In this document: positions 21,001 to 31,584 of the stretch, piece by piece
How positions within the stretch are numbered: position 1 is the stretch's first letter
How the letters are laid out: each line of letters opens with the position of its first letter
Source: an uncultured Nitrospiraceae bacterium
Lineage (GTDB): Bacteria > Nitrospirota > Thermodesulfovibrionia > Thermodesulfovibrionales > SM23-35
Assembly (NCBI GenBank): GCA_963727775.1
Contig: CAVSHB010000002.1
Span: 128,001-192,000 of the forward strand
DNA length: 64,000 bases
Direction of reading: 5' to 3'
Notes under the pieces: model-generated
Told to the model about the DNA's origin: nothing
The model's input: the letters and a program-made list of their open reading frames with translations, nothing else
Database searches by the model: none
Translations under genes and position numbers: made by a program

Positions 21001-22293
21001 ATGTCAGATATAAAAAAAATATACCGTACCATTATGGCGGATCATTTCCCTGCTGAGATGGTCATTAAATTCGGGGACAAGACGTTAGTGTATAAGAAGA
21101 GGGCCTGGAAGATACTCGATGAAAAAACAGGTGAAATAATCGAAAAAGGGCTTCGCTATGGAGAAAATCCCGAGCAAGAAGCGGCCCTTTACGAACTGGT
21201 GAACGGGAATCTGGCGCTTGGGGCCTGCGAGTTTATACAGCCCGGGAACGGCCTTGTGAGCAGCATTAACGAAGAAGATATGATACAGGCCGGTAAACAT
21301 CCCGGGAAGACAAATCTTACCGACCTTGATAACGGACTGAATATCATTAAATTTCTGATGGACCGTCCTGCCGCGGCGATTTTAAAGCATAACAATCCTT
21401 GCGGCGCTGCATATGGAAAGACGCTATCCGATGCTTACGATAAGGCCAATATGGCAGACCGGATAGCGGCATTCGGCGGATGCCTTATTGTAAACAGGCC
21501 GATGGATATAGAAACTGCAGAGATGGTCAGTAAGAACTACCTTGAGGTCGTCGCCGCACCTGAATTTGAAGATGGAACTATAAGCATACTGGCAAAAAGA
21601 AAAAATCTGAGGATAATCAGGGTAAGCAAAATTAACGAATTGGAAAAATACAGGGACATGCGATTTGTAGATTTTAAGTCGTTAATTGACGGCGGCATTA
21701 TTGTGCAACAGTCTCCTGTCAACAAAATAAGATCAAAGAACGATTTCTTACCGGCTAAGACGACATACAAGGGAAAGGAATATAGTATCGACAGAAAGCC
21801 TGCTGAGAGCGAATATGAGGATATGCTATTTGGCTGGAATGTAGAGCAGGGCGTTACATCAAACTCCGTTATTTATGTAAAGGATGGCGTGACAGTAGGA
21901 ATAGGGACTGGTGAGCAGGACAGGGTAGGCGTTGCGGAAATTGCAATTTTCAAAGCGTATACCAAATATGCAGATGCATTGTGCCATACAAGGTACAGCA
22001 TTCCTTACAAGACATTTGAACTCGACGTAAAAAGCGGTAACCGCAATAAGGATGCGCTCCTTGAGATAGATGAAGAGACGAAGATGCAGAAGGGAGGGCT
22101 TATCGGATCTGCGATGGTTTCTGACGCGTTCTTTCCATTCAGGGACGGAGTCGATGCCGGGATTAAGGAGGGCATTTCTGCAATAGTTCAACCCGGAGGC
22201 TCTGAGAGGGATTTTGAATCTATAATCGCCTGTAATGAGGCCGATCCAAAAGTAACGATGGTTTTTACAGGCCAAAGGGCATTTAAACACTGA
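21001..22293 (+). CDS. PurH-like protein, AICAR transformylase domain only
   Basis: LRYGENP, LKHNNPCG, SNS, GEQDRV, SDAFFPFRDG, QPGGS and FTGQRAFKH present; no N-terminal ALLSV.DK cyclohydrolase domain. Confidence 0.85.
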   Translation: MSDIKKIYRTIMADHFPAEMVIKFGDKTLVYKKRAWKILDEKTGEIIEKGLRYGENPEQEAALYELVNGNLALGACEFIQPGNGLVSSINEEDMIQAGKHPGKTNLTDLDNGLNIIKFLMDRPAAAILKHNNPCGAAYGKTLSDAYDKANMADRIAAFGGCLIVNRPMDIETAEMVSKNYLEVVAAPEFEDGTISILAKRKNLRIIRVSKINELEKYRDMRFVDFKSLIDGGIIVQQSPVNKIRSKNDFLPAKTTYKGKEYSIDRKPAESEYEDMLFGWNVEQGVTSNSVIYVKDGVTVGIGTGEQDRVGVAEIAIFKAYTKYADALCHTRYSIPYKTFELDVKSGNRNKDALLEIDEETKMQKGGLIGSAMVSDAFFPFRDGVDAGIKEGISAIVQPGGSERDFESIIACNEADPKVTMVFTGQRAFKH

Positions 22294-22377
22294 GGTCCTC
22301 TGCAGGCCGATGAATTGCTTTTTGCTTGAATCTTGTTTGATCTATCCTGCATTATAAAAAGAAAAAAGGAGTTTTGC

Positions 22378-23316
22378 ATGCATAGAAATTTTGTGTTTCT
22401 GATTTTAATAATGATTGCTCTATTTTCTGTTTCATCTTTATCATATGCCGGCGATAATGCTGATAATGTGGTCGCGAAAGTAAACGGTACAATTTTTTTA
22501 CAGAAAGACCTTGAACTCGAGGTAGACAGGTTAATACCAAAGATGACATTCCACCGCAATGTGCCTTTGGAAAAGCGTAAACTTTATTATGATCAGGCCA
22601 TGGAGGCGTTAATCGACAGAGAGCTTCAATACCAGGACGCCGTTGCAAAAGGCATGAAGCCGGACAAAGAGAAGGTAGACGCCGAGATGGAAAAGATTAG
22701 GAAGCGGTTCAAATCACCGGATGAATATAAGGCTGCTCTTGAAAAAGACGGCCTATCTGAAGAGAAGCTGCGTGCGCAAATAGAGAAAGAAATGCTGGTG
22801 CAGAATGTAATCGCTAAGACGGTGACCGAGCCGTCAAAGGCGGGGGATGCAGAGTTAAAGGAATTTTATGATAAGAACACATCGAAATTTAAACACCCTG
22901 AGAGTGTAAAATTGAGACTCATCTCAACAAAAGACGAAAAAAAAGCCAAGGATATTCTTGATAAATTGAAGGCCGGCGAGGACTTTGGAGATTTGGCATA
23001 TAAGATGTCTGAAGATAGTTATCGTGTTAAAGGCGGCGATATAGGATATATGCATAAAGGAAGAATGCTCCCCGAGATTGAAGACGCAGCTTTTAAAATG
23101 AAAGTTGGTGAACTGAGCGATCTTATTAAGGCGGAAGACACCTGGTTTATTATTAAAGTAGAAGATAAAAAGCCTGAACAACAAATGTCTTTTGAAGAGA
23201 GTAAGGGGAAGCTTAAAAAAGAGCTTGAAGATAAGCGGGCAAACGAACTCAGAGAGAAATGGATCGCCGGGTTAAAGGCAAAGGCCAAGATCGAAGTTCT
23301 CTTGAAAAAAGAGTAA
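22378..23316 (+). CDS. Periplasmic parvulin-type peptidyl-prolyl isomerase (SurA/PrsA-like)
   Basis: Signal peptide, VVAKVNG, GEDFGDLAYKMSED..KGGDIG. Start taken at the ATG following SD AAGGAG. Confidence 0.88.
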   Translation: MHRNFVFLILIMIALFSVSSLSYAGDNADNVVAKVNGTIFLQKDLELEVDRLIPKMTFHRNVPLEKRKLYYDQAMEALIDRELQYQDAVAKGMKPDKEKVDAEMEKIRKRFKSPDEYKAALEKDGLSEEKLRAQIEKEMLVQNVIAKTVTEPSKAGDAELKEFYDKNTSKFKHPESVKLRLISTKDEKKAKDILDKLKAGEDFGDLAYKMSEDSYRVKGGDIGYMHKGRMLPEIEDAAFKMKVGELSDLIKAEDTWFIIKVEDKKPEQQMSFEESKGKLKKELEDKRANELREKWIAGLKAKAKIEVLLKKE

Positions 23317-23342
23317 AGAAGCCGGGAATACAGGATTTGCTT

Positions 23343-23708
23343 TTATGATATGAAACTGTTGACGAGTTTCATTAATTCCTGTGTCTGGATGGGCTTTGTA
23401 AGATAAGCATTCGCTCCTATCGCCAAAGCTTTATTTTTATCTTCCTCAGCGCCCTCCGTCGTTATCATTATGACGGGGATATTTTTATAAGAAGGGTTAC
23501 CCCTTACAAGACTTACCAACTTAAGTCCGTCCATGATGGGCATGTTTATGTCTGCAAGGATGATGTCTATCTGTTCGGATGATAATTTTTTTAATGCGTC
23601 CACGCCGTCGGTAGCTTCGATAACCTTTGCACCCGGCACTCTTTTTATGGCAAACCCTATAAGCTGCCTCATTGTAGGGGAATCTTCAACAACAAGGATA
23701 TTAGGCAT
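23343..23708 (-). CDS. cheY: CheY-like single-domain response regulator
   Basis: VEDS, DINMP, TTE and KP conserved receiver residues. Confidence 0.85.
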   Translation of the reverse strand: MPNILVVEDSPTMRQLIGFAIKRVPGAKVIEATDGVDALKKLSSEQIDIILADINMPIMDGLKLVSLVRGNPSYKNIPVIMITTEGAEEDKNKALAIGANAYLTKPIQTQELMKLVNSFIS

Positions 23709-23725
23709 TCATCCCTCCTTTAATC

Positions 23726-24553
23726 TCATCTTCTCGGCTTTTCCTTCAGGAGATCAAGGAAGCTCTGTATGGTCGTTAGCTTCCTCTCCGATTGTGTATA
23801 CAGCCTTGATGAAAATATCGCTGTGGCAGCATGACCTGCTAATAGATTGAAGAGTTCATAATCAATATTTGAAAATGTGGTCTTTTGCACAAAAATTGAG
23901 TAAATTGAGATTACGCCGATTACATGCTCTTTGATCTTGAGCGGGATGCATACAATAGGGTTCGCAGGCTCGACTTTTGATGTCGGTGTGCTTGACAGGT
24001 CTTTGAGAAAGTAACTCTCTCCTTCCCTCGCGACTTTCCCTATCGTTCCTTCTCCCATCTTTGCCTTCGGCATTTCATCGAGGGGCAATCCTTCTGATGC
24101 AACAGGAACAAGTTCATTCGTCTTTTCATCCATGAGAAATATTGTAAACTTCTCAGCTCCGATCAGGTTGATTATTATTTCCATAACTATCCGCAAGACT
24201 TCATTGAAATCCAGTGTGGAATGGAGCTGGTAACTCGCCACATACAGGTTCGCAAGCATGTTGTTTTCAGTCTCTACATCAACATATTTCGATGCGAAAT
24301 CCTTATTTTCTTCCTCTGTCTTCCTATATCTGTCCAGGATGGACCCGAGCTCGTCCTCCAGGATTTTTATCTTGTCTTCATAGAGCCTCGTTTTTTCCTC
24401 GTTCCCTGCCTGCTCTACAGACTCTTCGAGTTGGGCAATCCTGAACCTGAGTCTTTCATTCTCCTTAATAAGGTCTTTTGTGAATTCCTCTCCCCTTTTG
24501 AAGATTTGAAGAAACTCATCGGCCTTCTTTGAAATACTGGGTTCTTTTTCCAT
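23726..24553 (-). CDS. Coiled-coil plus GAF domain protein
   Basis: N-terminal heptad/charged region, then STLDFNEVL...GEGTIGKVA...CIPLKIKEHVIGVI GAF pattern; no output domain. Confidence 0.8.
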   Translation of the reverse strand: MEKEPSISKKADEFLQIFKRGEEFTKDLIKENERLRFRIAQLEESVEQAGNEEKTRLYEDKIKILEDELGSILDRYRKTEEENKDFASKYVDVETENNMLANLYVASYQLHSTLDFNEVLRIVMEIIINLIGAEKFTIFLMDEKTNELVPVASEGLPLDEMPKAKMGEGTIGKVAREGESYFLKDLSSTPTSKVEPANPIVCIPLKIKEHVIGVISIYSIFVQKTTFSNIDYELFNLLAGHAATAIFSSRLYTQSERKLTTIQSFLDLLKEKPRR

Positions 24554-24565
24554 TAAGCCTCTGCT

Positions 24566-25633
24566 CTATGAATCTGCGTCTATACCTGTTTCTTTAATTA
24601 ATTTTATTATCTCAATGGGAATCTCGGATATCGGCAAGACCCTCTCTGCCGCGCCTGCCTTAATTGCCTCTGAAGGCATACCAAAGACAACGGCAGTGTC
24701 TTCTGATTCTGCTATAGTATAGCCGCCTTGCTTTTTAATTTCCAGCATTCCCGCTTTCCCATCATTCCCCATACCTGTTAGGATAACGCCCATTGACTTA
24801 TGCCCGAATATTTCCGCAATCGATGACATCATTATATCGATAGAAGGAATATATTTGTCGGTGCTTTTCGGTTCTTTAAGTGAGACATAGACCCTCCGTC
24901 CCTGTTTGTTGAAATACATGTGGTAGCCTCCGGGACAGATCAGTACTTTTCCGCTTTCAAGTTCGTCGCCATCCCGGGCTTCTTTTATGCGCACTTTTGA
25001 CATCCCGTTCAGCCTCTCTGCAAATGAGGCGGTAAACCCCTTTGGCATATGCTGGCTTATCGCGATACCGACCGGAAAATCGGCAGGAAGCTTTGTCAGT
25101 ATTATTTTAAGTGCGGCCGGTCCTCCTGTTGATGAACCTATGGCGACAGCCTCAATATCATATTTCGAAGTATCCGGGTGTTTACGCCGGCTGTCCTCTC
25201 GTTCGAGAAGTTCAAGATTTCTGCTCAGCTTATCCAGGCGGAAGTCCTTTATCCCCTTCACCTTTCTCAATAAGTCCTTCTCGAGTTTCTGAAATTCGGT
25301 GGACGGAATCCTTGGCGGCTTCGCTATAAAATCGGCTGCGCCGAGTTCGAGCGCCTTGAATACTGTCTTTGAGTCGGAATACGAACTGACAATGATCACG
25401 GGAGTCGGCCTGCTCTTCATCAGCCACCTGAGAAAACTGAAGCCGTCCATTTCAGGCATCTCAAGGTCCAAGGTGATTAGGTCGGGCTGAAGCCTGTGAG
25501 TTTTTGCCATTGCGTCTATGCCGTCAGACGCTATCCCTACTACTTCAATATTAGATTCCGACTCAAGCATTTTTTTTATCGTCTGCCTGCTGTATGCAGA
25601 ATCATCAATAATAAGGACCTTAATCTTAGACAT
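24566..25633 (-). CDS. cheB: Chemotaxis methylesterase CheB (REC plus esterase)
   Basis: GSSTGGP, QHMP, LTGMGNDG. Confidence 0.96.
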   Translation of the reverse strand: MSKIKVLIIDDSAYSRQTIKKMLESESNIEVVGIASDGIDAMAKTHRLQPDLITLDLEMPEMDGFSFLRWLMKSRPTPVIIVSSYSDSKTVFKALELGAADFIAKPPRIPSTEFQKLEKDLLRKVKGIKDFRLDKLSRNLELLEREDSRRKHPDTSKYDIEAVAIGSSTGGPAALKIILTKLPADFPVGIAISQHMPKGFTASFAERLNGMSKVRIKEARDGDELESGKVLICPGGYHMYFNKQGRRVYVSLKEPKSTDKYIPSIDIMMSSIAEIFGHKSMGVILTGMGNDGKAGMLEIKKQGGYTIAESEDTAVVFGMPSEAIKAGAAERVLPISEIPIEIIKLIKETGIDADS

Positions 25634-26498
25634 CTATATGAGCCCTTCTTTTTACAGGTCTCTGATAGACCATGTCATGTTTAAGATGCTTCAATGTAAA
25701 AGCGGTTGACAAGTTTATCAGTGATTCAGCATGACCTAATAACAGATACCCTCCGTCCGTAAGCCTTTCATGAAACATGTCTATTACCTTTTTTCTCGAC
25801 GGCTGATCAAAATAGATTAACACGTTTCTGCAAAATATAACATCCATCGTACCTACTAATTTTACCTTGAATGGGTCGAGAAGATTAAGATGACTGAAAT
25901 TTACATGGTTCTTGACAATGTCCGATATCCTGAACAAACCGTCTTCCTGTTTCTTGAAGTATTTGTTAAGGAAAAAATTCTCTGTAGTCCTGAAAGAATT
26001 TTTTCTGTAAATACCGCTCCTTGCCGCCTGGAGGACCCTCTGGTTTATATCGCTTCCGAATATCTCTATATTCCAGTTATGAAAATATCCCTTTTCGAGC
26101 ACGAGCATGGCAATCGTATACGGCTCTTCACCGGTGGAACAACCTGCAGACCATATCCTCAGCCTCTTTTTCTCTTTATTTGTTTCCTTTAGTTCAGGGA
26201 GTATCTCTTCACTGAATGCATTAAGCTGGTTTTGTTCCCTGAAGAAATATGTCTCATTGACAGTGATAATGTCGATTATCGCTGCGAGCTCTTCGTCACG
26301 GTTTTTGTGATACAGCAGATACCTGTAATATTCTCTGAAGTTGCCGAAGTGGTGAGTCAGCAACCTCCGTGAAAGCCTTTTTTCAAGAAGGTACCGTGAG
26401 TCGTCGGCAAAATATATTCCACAGTAGTCCTTTACAAGATCCCTGATGAGCCTGAAAACATCTTCTTCAAGTGGTATTATCTCTTCTTTTTCAAACAT
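25626..26498 (-). CDS. cheR: Chemotaxis methyltransferase CheR
   Basis: NETYFFRE, WSAGCSTGEEPY, IFCRNVLIYF, GHAES. Confidence 0.96.
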   Translation of the reverse strand: MFEKEEIIPLEEDVFRLIRDLVKDYCGIYFADDSRYLLEKRLSRRLLTHHFGNFREYYRYLLYHKNRDEELAAIIDIITVNETYFFREQNQLNAFSEEILPELKETNKEKKRLRIWSAGCSTGEEPYTIAMLVLEKGYFHNWNIEIFGSDINQRVLQAARSGIYRKNSFRTTENFFLNKYFKKQEDGLFRISDIVKNHVNFSHLNLLDPFKVKLVGTMDVIFCRNVLIYFDQPSRKKVIDMFHERLTDGGYLLLGHAESLINLSTAFTLKHLKHDMVYQRPVKRRAHIDV

Positions 26499-26537
26499 TG
26501 GAATTCAGATTTTCCTATTAAATCAACTGATAGTCAA

Positions 26538-28520
26538 TCACGGATTGCTTTTTTTAAGGCGCTCTTCAACTGTTCTTTTCACTATGGGATCTTCTTCGGT
26601 GTCGAGAAGCCTTTCAAGTTCATTCCGTATGGCCCCTGTGGCTTTATTACCTATCGCCTCAACAGCGGCCATTCTTGTCGCCCAGTCGCCGTCTTTTAAA
26701 AAAGGGAGTAAGCTGTTCTCGACGCCGTCAAAGGATGAAAGGGACTTTATCAAGGTCCTCCTGATTTCTTTATCCTCAGAAAAAAGCATGCCCAGTAATG
26801 CCGACCTTGCTTCATTTCCACCTATTTTGCTGAGAGACTCTATTGTTGTCGTTATAACGAATCCATTTTTATCGGAAAGAAGCCCGATCAATGGACCAAC
26901 AGCTTTGTGGTCCCGGAGCATACCGAAGGCCTTGGATACCGCAACCCTTACAGAGACATCTGAATCCGACAAGAGGAGGGAAAGGGCTTCGAATGCACCC
27001 TTGCCCCCAATGAGGCCGAGGCTGAGAGCTGAAGATACCCTTATGGAAGGTTCTTCATCCGTAAGCGCAAGGCTAAGAAACTTGATGGAGTCTTCTGTTC
27101 TTAAGAGTGAAAAAGCCTCGACACATGCCTTCCTTACGTTTACATCTCCGTCTTTCATTGCGAAACCCAGAGAAGGCACTGTCTTTGTCGCACCTATTTT
27201 CCCGAGTAAGCAGGCTGCATTTTTCCTGAGCGCCGGGTCTGCATCCTTGAGCATTGCTGTAAGTTCATCAACTGAAAGGTGTGGCCCCATACCTGAAAGC
27301 GCTTCAACTGCAGCTTCCTGCACGTCATAATATGGATCAGTCAAGAGTTTCTTTATAGGTTCTATTGCACGAGGGTCACCGATTTTTGAAAGCGCTATCG
27401 CGCCGATAGACCGAATATGCCCATCCTCGTCTCCAAGGGCCTTCTCGAATGTCGCGTAATAGACATGAGAGGCTATCCTGCTTGCCACATCGTAAATAAA
27501 GCGCTTTTGGGAGACATTTTCCGTTTCGAAAAGCTTAAGGAGGGATTCAGGCTTGTCTTTTCCGATGAATACGAAGGCCCTCTTGATATCCTCTGAGAAT
27601 TCCTCTTCCTGTGATATATCAAGGAGGGGAGCGTATGCCCTCTCGTCTTTCAATAAGCCGAGTATTAGTATTGAAGATGTCCTCACATCGGGGTTGCCGG
27701 ACCAGGCATGTGTTATAAGAATATCCAACACCCTCTCGCCGATAAGTCTCTTTATCTCCGCTGTAATGAATTCCTCACTAATGCCTTTACGATAGAATCT
27801 CTCTATGGCCCGAAGGGTTTCTCCCTGTATAGTCTTTGATTGGTCTTCTAAAAAAGGGATGATATATTTAAGAGTATTTGGGTCCGCAATTAAACTCAAC
27901 GCTTTTATAGCAGGCGCCCTGAGAGTTTTCTTGTTCAGTATCTTTACAAGGGCAGGCACGGCCTTTTTATCTCCAATTCTGCCGAGCGCATCAGCAGCGG
28001 GGTAGGCAGTCCATATGTCATCGCTTTCGATTATTTCTATTAAAGAATCTATTACGGAAGATTCGCCTATCTTGCCGATATGCTCTATAGCTGTAACACG
28101 GACATTTTCATCGTCATCCCGCAGTGCGCCGAGCATGAGCGGCAGGGACCTGTTGTCCCTGAATTCTCCCAAAACATCTATAATGAATTTTCTAACATCT
28201 CTGTTTTTTGTGTTGAAGGCCTCGATTAAAAAAGGGGTCGCCTTTTTATTCAGTCTTACCAAAGTCTCTATCGCGGAGTTCCGTGCGCCTGCGTTATCGT
28301 CACAGTAAAGGAGATTGATTAAGCCGTCTATATACTTTTCGACCTGATACTCTTCGATGAGGATGTCCGTCGCGGTGTTTCTGACCCTCCAGCTTGTATC
28401 TTCCATGGCGCTGAGGAGAAGTTTTATGGAGATATCGTCCGCTTTACCCCTCAGGCTTTCAAGGGCTTCCCTTCTGACCTCAACGTCACTATCTTTAAGA
28501 AGTCTTTCCAGTTCCTGCAT
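26538..28520 (-). CDS. HEAT (PBS-lyase-like) repeat protein
   Basis: Many ~31-aa L.D.D..VR..A..ALG.IG repeats along the whole length. Confidence 0.9.
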   Translation of the reverse strand: MQELERLLKDSDVEVRREALESLRGKADDISIKLLLSAMEDTSWRVRNTATDILIEEYQVEKYIDGLINLLYCDDNAGARNSAIETLVRLNKKATPFLIEAFNTKNRDVRKFIIDVLGEFRDNRSLPLMLGALRDDDENVRVTAIEHIGKIGESSVIDSLIEIIESDDIWTAYPAADALGRIGDKKAVPALVKILNKKTLRAPAIKALSLIADPNTLKYIIPFLEDQSKTIQGETLRAIERFYRKGISEEFITAEIKRLIGERVLDILITHAWSGNPDVRTSSILILGLLKDERAYAPLLDISQEEEFSEDIKRAFVFIGKDKPESLLKLFETENVSQKRFIYDVASRIASHVYYATFEKALGDEDGHIRSIGAIALSKIGDPRAIEPIKKLLTDPYYDVQEAAVEALSGMGPHLSVDELTAMLKDADPALRKNAACLLGKIGATKTVPSLGFAMKDGDVNVRKACVEAFSLLRTEDSIKFLSLALTDEEPSIRVSSALSLGLIGGKGAFEALSLLLSDSDVSVRVAVSKAFGMLRDHKAVGPLIGLLSDKNGFVITTTIESLSKIGGNEARSALLGMLFSEDKEIRRTLIKSLSSFDGVENSLLPFLKDGDWATRMAAVEAIGNKATGAIRNELERLLDTEEDPIVKRTVEERLKKSNP

Positions 28521-28971
28521 CTTCCTCTAAGAGTTCCTCCGAGTCTTTCAGCATTATCTTCTCTTCTGAACTAAGAAGATAATCCAGATTAATGATGATT
28601 ATGACCCTATCATCTTTTTTACCAATACCTGAAAGGTACTTTTTCTTTAATCCCTTGAATATAGCCGGAGGCGCGGCTATCTCTTCATCGGTGAAGGAGA
28701 GGATCTCTTTTATTTCATCCACAAGGAGACCGATCTTTTCACTGTCATACCGCACTAGGATGATCAGTTCTTTTGTCTCAGAGGACTGAATGCCGAACCG
28801 CTTTCTCAGATCGAGTAATGGAACTACTTCACCCCGAACGGTTATAACGCCGGACAGAAAATCGGGGAGTTCAGGCAGAATATGCACCTTTTGCCTGTTA
28901 AGAATTTCAACAACCTGTTTGATATCGATCCCAAAATCTTCATCACCGATCTTAAAGACGGTAAATTTCAT
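28495..28971 (-). CDS. cheW: CheW coupling protein
   Basis: FGIDIKQVVEI, GVITVRGEVVPLLDLR, GLLVD. Confidence 0.92.
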   Translation of the reverse strand: MKFTVFKIGDEDFGIDIKQVVEILNRQKVHILPELPDFLSGVITVRGEVVPLLDLRKRFGIQSSETKELIILVRYDSEKIGLLVDEIKEILSFTDEEIAAPPAIFKGLKKKYLSGIGKKDDRVIIIINLDYLLSSEEKIMLKDSEELLEEDAGTGKTS

Positions 28972-29018
28972 AACCCGGTTCTGCCTCTTACATAATTGTA
29001 TTTAAGCATCTATCTATT

Positions 29019-31547
29019 TTAAAATTTTTCAAGCATTCCTATCTTTGACATCATGGTACTTACAAGGACAAAATCATAGTCGGACGTCTTTTCAAATCCA
29101 CTGAAAAGCTTATTAATGGGATGGAGGATTGAGGAGCCTTCAGGTGTTGCGTCCGAAAGCGCTGTGAGCGCGTGCTCCATAGAGTCTTTTATATTTTGAG
29201 GAGTTGTTTTACTGACACAAACACTGAATGCCGGTAAATGCTCGGAGAACTTAATATGCTTGATGCCCTTGTCCCTGAATTTATTTGCAGCGATATCGGT
29301 TACCCCTCCGGCGTCGAAATTACCGGCAAGGACTGCATTAGCCACATCTTCATGTGAGCCGAGATATTCGTAATGCAGCAGATTTTTTAGATCTATTCCC
29401 GCTTCAAGAAGCATGTACCGTGGAGCGATATAGCTCGAAAGCGAATGCGGATCTCCAAAGGCGAATTTGTGTCCTTTGATGTCTTCTACAGAGTTGATCC
29501 TGCCGGTACTTTTCGCTATGATAACGGAACGGTATGTGGATTTACCTTCGGACAATATTTTCACAAGGACCTGGGTCCCGAATTTCTTATTTGCGATGAT
29601 GTAAGTAACGGGGCTGATAAAACAGAATTGAGTGACACCCCGCCCTATGTCTCTTAACGCGCCTTCATAATCGGACACAACTTTCAATATGACCTTCTTG
29701 CCGATTTTTTTGCTGAGATATTCTGCCAGCGGCTTGAATTTTTCCTGGTTCTCAACCGGCGATCTTCCGCCGAACGGTTCGATGCCGAACCTCAAAACAT
29801 CCATGTCTTTCTCAGTGCTTGTGCCTTCCTCGATTAATTTAATCCTCTGAAATTCATTCCGCAGGAGTTCAGTATTTTTGAATAGGCCTTTCAGTGACTG
29901 GTTTATGCTGTACATCCTGTCCATGTTGCTTTTGGGGATGTCCTTTATTTTTTCAATAGAATTGAATATCTGTGCTGAGCCTGCTCTTTGCTCATTGACG
30001 GCCTTTGAAATCTGAAGACTTTTCTCCGACACGAGTTCCATGGCTTCAGATATATGTTTGGTATTTATAAGTTGCTCGCTCGTTGCGGTTCTGACATGGT
30101 TGGATACTTCCCGCATTTTCTCCGTAGCTTTTGTGATGAGAAAGGCGCCTTTGCTTTGTTCGGAAGTTGCTTTTGCAACCTGCGATACCATATTCTTCAC
30201 CTTTTCCATTGAGTCTGATACGAGTCTTGTAGTTTTCGCCTGTTCCGCCGTAGAACGCTCAATGGAAATGGACATCTCCGCCGACTGCTTCGTGCTCTCG
30301 ACTATCTTGTTCAGGGCATCGCCGGCATTGCTTGCGACTTTTAATCCTTCCTCGACAGACCCCAGCCCTTCGTCCATCGCATTGATGGCGTCTTTCACTT
30401 CTTGCTGCACGGCCTGAATAAGCCTGTCTATTTCATGGGTTGAAAAAGAAGTCCGTTCGGCAAGGTCCTTTATCTCGTCGGCCACGACTGAGAATCCTCT
30501 GCCGTGCTCACCCGCCTGCGCGGCAAGTATCGCCGCATTCAGAGCGAGTAATGTTGTCTGGTCAGTTATCTCATCAATGACATTTAAAATCTTGCCGATG
30601 TCTGTTGACCTGCCTCCGAGTTTTTTCAGAAATCCGGCTGTCTTGTCAAAAGACACTTTAATCTTCTGAATCCCGTCTATTGTTTTTTCTACCGACGTAA
30701 GCCCGAAGGTCGACGCATCGTTTTTGACCTTTTCTGAAAGCATCGCGGACTCTTTTGAACTCTGTTCAACTTCCCTTATCGAAGAGGAAATTTCTTCAGC
30801 AGCGGCAAGTGTCTCTTCGGATGCAGCGGCAAGCTCTTCCGCCTTATTCGCCACTTCCTTTATCGTCGCGGAAAGCTGTTCAATGGACGACGATGTCGTA
30901 TCAACCACGGAAGAAAGTTCGAGGGCGCTGTTTGCAACCTGGCCTATGCTCGTGACCATCTCTTCCATCGAGGCAGCCTTCTCTTCCGTAGAGACGGCAA
31001 GATGCTCCGTGCTTTCAGAAATCTCCACTGCGGCGGAATTCATCTGCTCTAAAGAACTAGCGATATTGGCTATCGACTCGGATTCGAGTTTCGTGCTTTC
31101 TGAAATATTCTTGAATTCAACCTCAACTTTTTCAGCGACCTCCATTACACGGTTCGAACCGTTTCTGACCCTTTGAAAAATATCCCCGATGGAATAAAGA
31201 GATTCATTAATGGCCTGTCCCATCCTTCCTATCTCGTCATCTGCCTTTATATCCAGACGGAAGGTGAGATCTCCGTCAGCCAGGGATCTGGCGGCTTTTT
31301 CAATGGATTGAAGCGGTTTTATCACCAGTCTCCTGGCAACAACCCAGAATAGAAAAGCTACTATGGAGATGCCTGTGATCGCGATAATCGTCGTCCACAT
31401 GATGGAGTGAAAACTCTTGCCATATATTTTTTCGAGCGAAAGTGCGCTAAACGATATAATGCCGGTCCACAAAATCCCTCCTATCAATAGTGCTATAACA
31501 AAGATTAGATACTTGAATTCGAGGCTTTCCTTTGAAATCTTTTTCAT
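29019..31547 (-). CDS. Methyl-accepting chemotaxis protein with C-terminal PhnD-like (phosphate/phosphonate-binding) domain
   Basis: Two N-terminal TMs, HAMP (DGDL...DEIGRM), tip [26 protein letters not shown]. The C-terminal ~260 aa carry [27 protein letters not shown] and GSHEDV. Confidence 0.88.
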   Translation of the reverse strand: MKKISKESLEFKYLIFVIALLIGGILWTGIISFSALSLEKIYGKSFHSIMWTTIIAITGISIVAFLFWVVARRLVIKPLQSIEKAARSLADGDLTFRLDIKADDEIGRMGQAINESLYSIGDIFQRVRNGSNRVMEVAEKVEVEFKNISESTKLESESIANIASSLEQMNSAAVEISESTEHLAVSTEEKAASMEEMVTSIGQVANSALELSSVVDTTSSSIEQLSATIKEVANKAEELAAASEETLAAAEEISSSIREVEQSSKESAMLSEKVKNDASTFGLTSVEKTIDGIQKIKVSFDKTAGFLKKLGGRSTDIGKILNVIDEITDQTTLLALNAAILAAQAGEHGRGFSVVADEIKDLAERTSFSTHEIDRLIQAVQQEVKDAINAMDEGLGSVEEGLKVASNAGDALNKIVESTKQSAEMSISIERSTAEQAKTTRLVSDSMEKVKNMVSQVAKATSEQSKGAFLITKATEKMREVSNHVRTATSEQLINTKHISEAMELVSEKSLQISKAVNEQRAGSAQIFNSIEKIKDIPKSNMDRMYSINQSLKGLFKNTELLRNEFQRIKLIEEGTSTEKDMDVLRFGIEPFGGRSPVENQEKFKPLAEYLSKKIGKKVILKVVSDYEGALRDIGRGVTQFCFISPVTYIIANKKFGTQVLVKILSEGKSTYRSVIIAKSTGRINSVEDIKGHKFAFGDPHSLSSYIAPRYMLLEAGIDLKNLLHYEYLGSHEDVANAVLAGNFDAGGVTDIAANKFRDKGIKHIKFSEHLPAFSVCVSKTTPQNIKDSMEHALTALSDATPEGSSILHPINKLFSGFEKTSDYDFVLVSTMMSKIGMLEKF

Positions 31548-31584
31548 GAGGCCCCCTTATCGAAAAAGAGAGTTTTTAAAAGGT

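Noticed and set aside
26538..28520. HEAT protein as a phycobilin lyase
   Set aside because: There is no phycobiliprotein context; its position in the che cluster indicates a scaffold role.
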